Shown here piece by piece: positions 53,752 to 64,000 of a DNA stretch of 64,000 nt. The position numbers were made by a program, and so were the translations under genes. The stretch covers positions 5,260,201 to 5,324,200 of the forward strand of contig NC_092670.1 in assembly GCF_964355755.1 (NCBI RefSeq), read 5' to 3'. How positions within the stretch are numbered: the stretch's first letter is position 1; every line of letters starts with the position of its first letter. The notes beneath the pieces are model-generated. The model was not told where the DNA came from. It searched no databases and saw only the letters and a list, made by a program, of their open reading frames with translations. The stretch is from Antedon mediterranea. Taxonomy: Eukaryota; Animalia; Echinodermata.

Positions 53752-55055
53752 GTATATACGATTGATTGGTATTCCCTAGTGACTGACGGTATAGACGCCC
53801 GGATGGTGGCTGATGTCTGTCTTTGGTGGTTAATGCATCCCTGACTTATGAAAAATGATTGCAGATAATAAAAGTTAACAATGGTATGATCTAAACGGTG
53901 GAGAGGCAATGAACAAGTAATTGGGAGAATTGTCTGTAATTTTATTTTATCACTTTATGATGTACTGTACAAGTGCATATTGCACATTCCAAAATTTAAA
54001 TTAAAAAAAAATCATCATATATTGTATTAAAACAAATACTTATATAGATAATAGTAATTTTTTTAATTACATCTTTTGTAAATGCAATACTTGTCCCTGA
54101 GAAGAATTATACTATTGTTAGTAAAGTTAGTTATACCTTCATAATAAATTTGATAACATTAAAACAATAAATTTGTGAGTGTATCTATGTGTGCTTCTTT
54201 ATACAGTAATGTTAATTTAGTCAATATTTGAATTTAGCAAATTTCAACAGACTGCACAAACTATGATGCTACAAAATATCTCGATGGTACAAACCATGTG
54301 ACCAGGTGTTTTTGTGAAATTAGATAACATTTATGTAAAGTCTGAAAAAAAAAACATTAGTTACTGGTCCTCTTACGAGAGACTGATCTACTACCTTTAT
54401 TCTATTATTACTCCTATTTAATTAAATACTACTAAAACTGTATAATCCATAATCACATTGAACCCTTCTAGCTTTTTTTTTCATTTTTACTTAAATGTAT
54501 TAATTTTGTTTTTTTGGAAGTAGAAATGTGATAACCATCAGCTCAAATCCAACTTGTTAAACATGCATTATTAGTGGATTCAATAAAAAAAGAATAATAT
54601 ATTTAAATACACTGTATTTTACTTCAGTTTGTGCCTTACATAAGGTATTTTGAAAACTACCTTGCTACTTAAAATATAATACCTTACAGTGGTATTAAAA
54701 ATAAACCAAAAGTTTTGCTAAATCAAATTCAATTACGAAAAGCAACCTATTGATTGATTCTCTAGAATACTAAAATTAGTAAATCCTTTAATTCAAACCA
54801 TATTTCCTAAAACCACCAAGGACAAATTAAAATTGTGCAAAGGATTACACAGATTTAATAAAAATACAGTATATGTAAATCTTAAATTTTAGTTTAAAAT
54901 GAAAATAATTGATTGACAAGGTTAAAAATCTTTCAGTTGTTACAACGTTGTACCAATAACCATAATAACCAATTGACTACTGTGGGAGCTGATTATACAA
55001 TTAAACAGCAAATTAATTTCAAAGAAATCCCATAGTTCTTGTACCAATGTGTATA

Positions 55056-58000
55056 TTACATTGTTGTCAGGCTTTGAAGATATGTATCGCGGCATGGCAA
55101 GTCATCTGCAGGTCGGAAATGTGCTTTCCAGACAGGCTCACCAACAAACAATCGCATAACTTGTATGTAATTCTGAAAAAGTAAATAATGACAAATGACA
55201 ATTAACTGGAAAATTATTACTTTTTTGTTGAATCAAACATTGTTGTCAGTTAATTATATTCGGAGCCAGATGAATTTATTTAATGACAATGTCTATGTAA
55301 ACTGTAAGACAATAGTAAATAGCTGATGGAGGTCGGCCATAATAGTAGGCAACTAGCAATTACAAAATTCTTTTAGATTTTCTCTGCACTGGCCATGCAA
55401 TCTACAAATTCACATACAGTACACTGCATAGACCAAAATATAGACATTTAGATCAAATTTAAGGATGTACATGATTTCAGGACAAACTCTGTAATAAATC
55501 CCAGATACCTTTGTATCCAAGGTGAAGCGATGGTATATTCCTGCAGGCAACACAATCAGGTCGTTCTTCTCCACAGCAATTCTCACCCAACGTTCATCCC
55601 GATCTCTAAAATCAAAGTAACCACTTCCATCCAGAACAAACCGAATCTCTTCATCCGTATGAAGATGTTCCTCGAAAAAAGATTTTATCTGTATACAAAA
55701 TTGTTTTAAATGCTTTAGCTTGTAATGTCTTGCCTCAAAAAACATGAAAAATGAAGTTTAATAAATCCGAATCAGCAGTTTTAATCACTTGCATACAAAA
55801 AAATTAACAAAATAATGATTTCAATTATCAAAAGACAAAATGGTTAAAATTATATTCAGGTGTAGTTTTGTGACATTAAAATGACAATTAAATGATATTT
55901 TTTTTCAGGGAGACAATATATGTAAAGAATAAGAAATTTATCTACATTAATTTTTACCTGGGCTAATTTTGTGTTAGTAGTTTCTCATTCAAAGAACAAG
56001 CAATTAGGACTACATTGTTTTGTTTATCATAAAATTGTAATTGTAAAATTAATGAACTATTAACAAATTATTAAAAGGTAAAAGAACTCTATTTCCTTGA
56101 GTTTTTCGCTTCAGCAAAATTGGTACTTAAAAATGGTTCTACTTTTTTAGAAGAGATGTCGCAACCAATCAGAGTTCTGGAAATTAGCTATGAAGCGTTC
56201 ACGAGCACTCATACAAATCAAAAAACTCAGCAGACATGGATGAATTAAATATGCTGGTAGAGTATCAGGGCAAACACCATTTGCTACAGATTAAATGTTA
56301 GAAGTTCAAAGTTCAAATTTTTTGTGAGGTACTGTAAAAGATCACTGACTGAATTTTATAATTTTAATTCAATTCAATTCAATTCTATGGTTAACATAGA
56401 CAGCATTGTTGGACTTTGTAGATGAAAAAGTCAATATTTTGATTTTGAACCACAACTTATTCAGGGAACTTATTCCTACTGTTACCACAGTAGCTTCTTT
56501 GCAATATAAGCCTATATAAATATAAGTTTTATTTTTTAACATTCCATTGAGCATTTAGTGCACTATGCATCCTCCCAACTGTATATAGTAGGTGGATAAA
56601 ATAAAAAATAACCAAAAAAAGTCCTTGAGAAATATCAATTTAGAGAAAATATAATATTGTTATTTTATACAGTTACACGTAAGTTCATATTTTGCACAAA
56701 ATGTTGAATTTATACATGGTTGAACTTAGTCAATAACATTACAATTCCAATTTAACAGAAAGTGCAAACAGACAAAGCTAAAAATAGCAATCACCCTAAC
56801 CTATATGTCTACTTTGACATTCTATTGATTGATATAACATACTTTGGCCCCAATAGGATTACAAAGCAATACAAATTAAGAAAAACATACAGTTGAAAAG
56901 GGATCATGGATGGATGAAAATTAATTGTATCAAAGTGTTAAATTTAATTGTTTGAATTACATTAAAATGGAAGGGGAGGGAGGTTAATAATCCACCTATA
57001 CTAGGAAGATTGGTTTTGTTGAAAGTTATTAAATTAAAGTACTGTTTTTTCCTGATCTGATCTTTTTGTGGCCTGGAATAATAAAATTTAATGTTTTTAA
57101 CCTACTATACAGTTATTATAAATTAATGTTAGTTTTAGACTAGGCCTACTAGACTAGGCCTACTAGACTAGGCCTACTAGACTAGGCCTACTGACTGTTA
57201 GTTAGCGGCTCCTTCACAGCTCCCAGTTATGGAGGGCGGCCGCTCCAGGACCCTAGCCAGCGGCCTACGTTACGGCCCCTGCATTATATGCCACTGACTG
57301 TAGTACCTACTTTTTCTTCATAATTGGGAAGTTTCTCTGGAGAAACAGTTATAAAATCTTCATAGGAATATCCTCTTTCTTTGCGTATTTTGTCAAGCAA
57401 CCCTTCTTGTTTGTAATTGTCTGCATCTACCTATAAATAAAAATTTAAAATTGAATATAAATTGTTTCAATTTAAAACGATTTGTCGCACCGATAGTGGG
57501 CCGAATCGTCCCACCAATAGTGGCCCTAATTGTCTCAGGGCCGAATCGTCTCAGGGCTGAATCGTCCCGAATTCAATAAACTTACACAAAACGACGACGA
57601 AATAATTTAATAATTTAGTTTTTTTTCTACAGAATTGAATTGTTTGAAGTGAATAACTTAATATATTATTAAAACTGCAAAATGGCCTATAATAAAGTCT
57701 GATTTTATCAATCTTCATCTTTTTTTCATATTGTTTGGATGGGGACAATACATTTTTAAATACATGATTGTTGTTTTAATAGTTCAAACACCTTTGAAAA
57801 CTTGATAAAAACCACAAAAAAAAAACAATATAACATAATAACAATCACTGGTTTGGACGAATTGTCTCACTAAAAGTGGAAAGTGGGCCGAATCGTCCCG
57901 GATTCCTATTATTACAGTATATATGCATAGGCCTAGTATAGTACGCTAGCCTAGGCCTAGTCAAGAATAAGACAGAGGAGTGACTCACAACATATTAATA

Positions 58001-58148
58001 TTATTCTGAATGAATGTGAGCTTACCTGCCAATATTTTATACCATGTGAATCCAAATAGTCTAAATCCAACATTTGCACAGGCTCTAGATGGTGTTCAAG
58101 ACGTTGATCGTCTTCTTTATCATTATCCATCAACCAGACTTTCACCAT
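55056..58148 (-). CDS. ADI1: Acireductone dioxygenase (methionine salvage), 179 aa
   Basis: Exons 58148-58026, 57430-57311, 55688-55509, 55172-55056 (TAA), all phase 0, 540 nt in total. Cupin metal motif [13 protein letters not shown] and [12 protein letters not shown]; C-terminal [10 protein letters not shown]. Confidence 0.96.
57136..57192 (+). repeat. 14-bp tandem repeat built on the palindrome TAGGCCTA
   Basis: (TAGACTAGGCCTAC) x4. Confidence 0.85.
57590..57759 (-). mobile_element. Solo terminus of the Kolobok-type family (ADI1 intron 1)
   Basis: GGGGACAATACATTT|TTAA plus AAGTGAATAACTT and AAAATGGCCTAT; its reverse complement aligns to 5273-5365. Confidence 0.6.
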
Positions 58149-58345
58149 GTTGACGACTTTTTTAGGCCTATTAGCCCTAGCCTATACCACAAATAGGCCT
58201 ACTCTCTCTCTCAAACACGTGACATAGTTTCATGTAAATACGATATCGACGATTTCAACAACAAAAAATCGTATGCTCTCTAGATAGAGGGCACATGGTT
58301 AAAATAATACTTACGGCCTTGTTTTACGTTAATTGATTCCCTGCG

Positions 58346-58452
58346 TGGTTCCCACTACTGTAGAACGCAACATAACGCAGTGTATGTTTTCCCGGTGTTC
58401 TTTTGCCTTTACGCTGCGTTACGTCCTTGCTTTGCGTCTCAATTGGGAACCA
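58346..58452. mobile_element. Short MITE upstream of ADI1; related fragments at about 44655-44740 and 52300-52410
   Basis: TGGTTCCCA ... TGGGAACCA ends with AACGCAAC/TTGCGT subterminal motifs. Confidence 0.5.
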
Positions 58453-58473
58453 ATAGACCGGGCGCCCGGAAGA

Positions 58474-58862
58474 TTTATTCATGTGAAAAGATACAAAAGG
58501 TTTGATGATGTAGTTAGGTGCGTATTAGGGCGAGATGCAATATTCGACATTGCTGCCGGGTCACAGCCTGTACATAAGGGCCTGTGGGGATCATAACATA
58601 GGGGGGTAAAAATGCATTTATTTATGTGAAGCGATACAAGGATGATAAACTTTTTTGGATATCATTCGCAGTGGGCTACTAATGATAACATCACCAATGA
58701 CAGCAACTTTATCCTGTACGGGGCGCCAAACAGCAACATTTTAGGGCCACGCCCAAATGGGTTTATTTATGTGAAGCGATACAAGGTTGAATCTTTCTTT
58801 AAATGGCAGCAGTATATATTGGGGATGTCAAAAACACCAATGACAGCAACTTTATCCTGTAC
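58474..58862 (+). repeat. Degenerate direct repeats with a period of about 145 bp, upstream of ADI1
   Basis: TTTATT(T/C)ATGTGAA..GATACAA at about 58474, 58617 and 58762; CACCAATGACAGCAACTTTATCCTGTAC at about 58692 and 58835. Confidence 0.75.
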
Positions 58863-59184
58863 ATAAGCTCAGACAGCAGCCCTAAAGGTCCGCAGTTTCC
58901 CCCTATTCGGCTATATACTCGGCGCGTATGTCGTCTAATGGCGTTCAGCTGAGTTAGAAATACGTGATACGGACTCGGACTGACAATAAATACACAGTAG
59001 AATGATAAAACAATAAATAAAGAGAGCAGTTGTTTCCTGTACCAAATCATCAAACATCAAACTCTTAGGAACTCGCCCAAAATGGGTTTATCCATGAAGT
59101 GTGTAATCATTTTTGAAAAAAAATGGTTTTTTTTTTTCACTTTATCCGGTACACGTACAGCAGCTCAAATGCCCGAGGCTCCAT

Positions 59185-59760
59185 TCGTGACATTTGTCTT
59201 AATGTTCGTACTGAATGGTGGGTTGAACCATATTATGTTTCTCCCTCTGTTTCTTCTTATACCGGATGCGGAGTGGTGGGTGTAGAGTAAGTTTGTGTCC
59301 GCTTGTTCGAAGTGCTTCGCTGTAGTTGCTTGGTGTTTTCGAATGTTTCTTCGTCGCTTGATAATTGACTTATACGCTTATTAACTCCTGCCGGGATCTG
59401 CTTTAATATCGCAGGAGGGTGGTTAGAGGCTATGTTTATGTAAATGCGTTGGTTGCCTGGTTTTCTATATGGTTGGTATTTCCCAGTCTGCAAATTAAAC
59501 GTTACGTCCAAGTAGTTTACGGATTGCTTACTCGATTCCGTAGTTATCTTTAGTCCGAAATTACTGAATATTTTATATAACTCTGCTTTTATCGCAATAA
59601 TTTTACGGGATGACACATTCTTGAATGCCGCCAAACCATCGTCTCGGTAGAGGCCGATTAAACTTTTATCGAATTGTTGACCAAGTTTGTGAAGGATGAA
59701 TAGCCCAATCAGCTCGCATACCTCCGCCCCGTCGTAACTGCCCATGGCTACATCGAAGAA
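59185..59760 (-). mobile_element. Penelope-like retroelement RT/thumb fragment, frameshifted
   Basis: FDVAMGSYDGAEVCELIG, GLYRDDGL, VNYLDVTFNL, PYRKP, SNHPP; after a frameshift RNIIWFNPPFSTNIKTN. Truncated at both ends. Confidence 0.85.
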
Positions 59761-60591
59761 TGTAGAACAGAAAAGAAAATAACAAAATAGTAAAGGAAAA
59801 AATATAAGAAAAGGCAAAAATAAGATAAACGGAAAAAACAGAAAAAATATAGAAATAATTAAAAGAAGAAAGGGAAGTATAGACAGAGAATTGGAAAAGG
59901 GAAAAATAAAGAAAATGAAAGAGGAAAATGAAAAATAAAAGAAAAAATGAGATTAAAATTACTAGAATAAAAAATCAATAAGAGAAAGAAATTGTTTAAG
60001 AAACAATGGAAAGAGAATGAGAATAAAAAGAAGAAACTTGTTCCTCTACCAAATTATTCCTCTCAGCAATACGAGTAAAATAACGACAACTTGATGAATT
60101 TTCTTCATAAAACGGCCTGTTAATGTGCAAATCCTCATCCTGTCCGCTTTATCTTATAGTACCTTAGTGTGTCTTTTAATTAACTCTAACCTTAATTGAA
60201 AGCTAGAGAAAATGTTTCTATTCTGGTTTCTATGTTGTAGAAACTTCCATTCCAACAATTGATGTGCCAAATGCTAGCTATCTGCATTAATCGTTAACGA
60301 TATATTTGTATCTTTTAAAGTATTATTATTGCCCTTTTTTACGTTTTGTTTTACAATATACAATTTGCAAGAATATTATTTAAGATTTTATCAAATTTAG
60401 TAAAGCTTATGATTCATTATTACATAATTTATGTTAAAGTAAGAAATATTTATGTTTTATATATTTATTCTAAGCCAAGGACAAAACAAATCATAAATTA
60501 AACTTAAGCCTGCTTGACAAATTTAGAATTGATTGCGCGTTTGGATTTATCTTGAGTCTTGTTATTGAAAACATATTACTATATATTGTCC

Positions 60592-63500
60592 CTAACCAAT
60601 TATAGTTCCTAAAGTTTCTAAAAAGCTTCTAGAGCATCTCACGCCAGCGTCTTCAGAATGACCACAGTTGTGCTCTCCAATACGATTTGAAGGACACTGA
60701 TACAGACCAATTTCTGTACCAACACATGCAACATCATCTAGCAAAATAGGACCAGATCCCTGTCCAAAGTGCGCACCAGAGAACGCTTCACTTGAGCCTG
60801 TGTACCCAAGAGAATTACAGACAACATCGGCGTCATTAACTCCCCACGAATCATCGCAGACTGTACCCCACCTACCCTTGCTATATATCTCAACGCGGCC
60901 TTCTAATTCAGTGTCACCTCCAACAAGACGCACTACAAAATATACATAATAATCATTAATTATTTAAAATTACAATATCAAACGTCAATTCAGGCCGCTA
61001 GATAACTTTATAAATGTTTTAGTGAATTAATACAAGAGTAATCAGTTACCTAAATAAAAGCATTCCACCCCAGCATCTTCAGAATGAACACAGTTTTCTA
61101 TTCCTAAACCTGCGTGTGAACAGTCTATAATCGATGTTTCATCCCCATTGCACTCAACATTGTCAAGATGTATAGGTCCTGTTCCTTCACCCCAGAAAGC
61201 TTTTGCTGTTACCCTTACAGCACCTGAATATCCAAGCTGTTTGCAAATTACTCTACCGTCTTCTGTGCCCCAGTCATCATCACAAACTGTTCCCCATACG
61301 CCATTGTAGAGTATCTCGACACGTCCTTCGTTCGAGGTAGAACCACCCCGAAGCCTAACAGGCACTAAATATTTTAAAAGGAAAATGAAATAATTCAATT
61401 CAATTCAATTCACTTTTATTTCAGAACGAAGTCCATATCATAACATATTCTAATAAATAAATGTAAGTAAGTAAAAAATCTATACCACATATCGCACATA
61501 ATAAGGCCGTCGGAAAACCGTCGGTTTTCAACTGGGGTGAAATAATATTATACTGATACAAGTTAACATACGTAAAAGTATACATGAAATTATGTAGGCC
61601 TGCAGAAGTTCAATCCATTTTCTGTGCAACTTTGAATCTTTTAGAATTCGAGAAAAAACACATGTTAATAATAAAGGCCCATTTACACTAGGACGATAAC
61701 GATCGACGATAAATATATTATAAGCATGCATTTTTTTTTTATATAAAACAGAAGAACTATATGACAACCATCTATGCTTCCTTTGATAAAAATTATATTT
61801 CCACACATCCAATCAAATGACGATAAATAAATAAAAATAATAAACACCTCCCATAATGCTTATCCAAAAAGCCTGCTTGGTATTCACTACGGTAATCTTT
61901 GAAATCTGTAGGCTTTTCTAAGCGGACATCTCTAAATAAGTAGAACAATTTTTATGGATCGGATAAACCGCTATGATAATGTTTTTCCCAACTAATAGTA
62001 CTAGTCTATACGTCAAATTATACGTTTATGTAAGTAAAGTAACGTTCTTCAGTTACCTAAATTAACGCATTCGACTCCAGCATCTTCAGAATGATCGCAG
62101 TTTTCTATTCCCACACCTGCATGTCGACAAGTTGTAATCAACGTTTCATCTCCATTACACGCAATATCGTCAAGATGTATAGGTCCTGTTCCCTCGCCCC
62201 AGGAGGCCTCTGATGTTGTTCTTACAGCATATAAATAGCCAAGCTGTTTGCAAACTACTGTACCGTCTGCAATGTCCCAACTATCATCACAAACTGTTCC
62301 CCATACGCCATTGTAGAGTAACTCGACACGTCCTTCGTTCGAGGTAGAACCACCCCGAAGCCTAACAGTCACTAACAATTATACAAAAAAAGAAATCTAA
62401 TTACAGTTGGTACAATCTCGACGACTGAATAATTTTTTATGTGTTATTTTAATTTTAAATGTCTTAGAAAAACCTTTAAATTGGTAGATACAGTAGATAA
62501 AAATGGAAATAAATATTATATACTAGTGCATCACCAATAATAACTTAATTCCTACCGGAGCATCGAACACCAGCATCATCAGAATGACTACAGTGTTGTT
62601 GACCTTTATGTCTTGACAGACACTGATGCAGACCAGTTTCTGTACCAACACACGCAACATCATCCAGCAAAATAGCACCAGATCCCTGTCCAAAATGCGC
62701 ACCAGAGAACGCTTCACTTGGGCCTGTGTACGACATTGAATTGCAGACAACGTCTGCATCTTTAACTCCCCACGAATTGTCACAAACAGTTCCCCAGTTA
62801 CTCTGGTAAAATATCTCAACACGACCCTCAAATTCATTGGCACCTCCAACAAGACGCACTACAATTGTATTAAGAAACAATAAGTTACATAAAACAAAAA
62901 TTAACATTATAATCATGAGTTTTTTTAAGTTGTATCACCTAACACAGCTAGTGAAATGATGACAGTTACCTAAATAATGGCATTCCACTCCGGCATCTTC
63001 AGAATGACCACAGTTTTCTATTCCAATACCGGCGTGTGAGCAGTCTGTAATTAATGTTTCATTACCGTTACACCTAACATCGTCAAGGTGTATAGGTCCT
63101 GTTCCTTCACCCCAGGAGGCATCTGATGTTACCCTTGCAGCACCTGGATATCCAAGCTGTTTGCAAACTATCCTGCCATCTGCAATGTCCCAGTCATCGT
63201 CACAAACTGTTCCCCATACACCGTTGTGCAGTACCTCGACACGTCCTTCATTTGAGGTAGAGCCACCTCGAAGTCTAACACTAACAGGCTCTAAACAAGC
63301 AAGGGCCGTTTTTATATAAACTATATAATGTTTCAATTTATCTAACTGTAACTTGTCTATTACCCTTTTCACATGGTCCTAGCTAGACGCAAACAATCTT
63401 AATGGAGAATATAAAGAAATGTTGTGGATGTTAAATTTGGGAACGTAAAACTTCATCAACAATCGTCTACATTGAAAACTTGACAACAAATTTGTCATAG

Positions 63501-63958
63501 CCATTCGGCAAACCTTCAACTGTTTATATTAAAAAATTCCCATTTTCACTCCACGCCAGCCGTCAACTAACTGCTGGATACGACTCAAAGGTTGTGATTA
63601 ATGATAGGCGATTCACAGAAACAAGTAATTTGAATATACAAACATAAAACCTTACCTGAGCATCTCACGCCAGCGTCTTCAGAATGACCACAGTTGTGCT
63701 CTCCAATACGATTTGACGGACACTGATGCAGACCAGTTTCTGTACCAACACATGCAACATCATCTAGCAAAATAGGACCAGATCCCTGTCCAAAGTGCGC
63801 AACAGAGAATGCTTCACTTGAGCCTGTGTATCCTAGAGAATTACAGACAACATCGGCGTCTTCAACTCCCCACGAATCATCACAGACTGTCCCCCAGCTG
63901 TCCTGATAAAATATCTCAACACGACCCTCTAATGCAGTAAAACCTCCAGTAAGACGAA
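60592..63958 (-). CDS. Multi-SRCR scavenger-receptor protein (DMBT1-like), 3' part; continues beyond the window end
   Basis: Six single-domain phase-1 exons: 63958-63656, 63290-62970, 62858-62556, 62371-62057, 61364-61050, 60932 to stop at 60592 (or donor near 60597). Each has VRL.GG...EGRVE...WGTVCD..W...VC..LG...GEG/GQG.GPI.LD...C...C.HSEDAGV.C with 6 Cys. Confidence 0.92.
61393..61900 (-). mobile_element. Probable LINE 3' remnant in an SRCR intron
   Basis: Minus strand ends in AATAAA followed by a (TTGAA)n tail at about 61393-61420. The upstream decayed frame (VWKY...KLHRKW) resembles an L1/Tx1 ORF2 C-terminus. Confidence 0.4.
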
Positions 63959-64000
63959 CTACAAAAATTAAACAATACACAACTAAGATTTTTCAACGCG

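Noticed and set aside
59760-60040. Hydrophobic N-terminus of the 186-aa ORF (MPFLIFFPLLFCYFLF) as a signal peptide
   Set aside because: It derives from a low-complexity A/G-rich tract abutting the truncated Penelope fragment.
62523-62852. 109-aa alternative-frame ORF
   Set aside because: It is an out-of-frame overlap of an SRCR exon.

Overview
AT-rich, intron-rich animal genomic DNA. It is not prokaryotic. Gene content and repeats suggest a marine invertebrate deuterostome such as an echinoderm, but that is inference. Five spliced protein-coding genes were assembled by hand from splice sites and phases. (1) TMCC/Tex28-family ER coiled-coil protein (+, core exons 22514-38946, with several candidate alternative first micro-exons from 2300 on). 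(2) A divergent 4-exon FABP (+, 42562-45020). (3) An SLC20/PiT Na-phosphate transporter (+, 46497-52763). (4) ADI1 acireductone dioxygenase (-, 55056-58148). (5) The 3' end of a multi-SRCR (DMBT1-like) gene (-, 60592-63958). The long 5' introns of TMCC carry unusual non-autonomous DNA transposons. One is a 4.84-kb foldback (Sola2-like) element with about 680-bp TIRs, an inverted array of hairpin-bearing 195-bp units and a nested Tc1-like insert. Another is a 2.6-kb Kolobok-type element that seems to keep two convergent, spliced, overlapping non-coding transcription units. MITEs, tRNA-SINEs, L2, HINE and Penelope-like fragments are also present. TACAGTA/TACTGTA heptamers, the shape of Tc1/mariner excision footprints, are in striking excess. 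Most of the supplied short ORFs are spurious. All coordinates and counts were read by eye.
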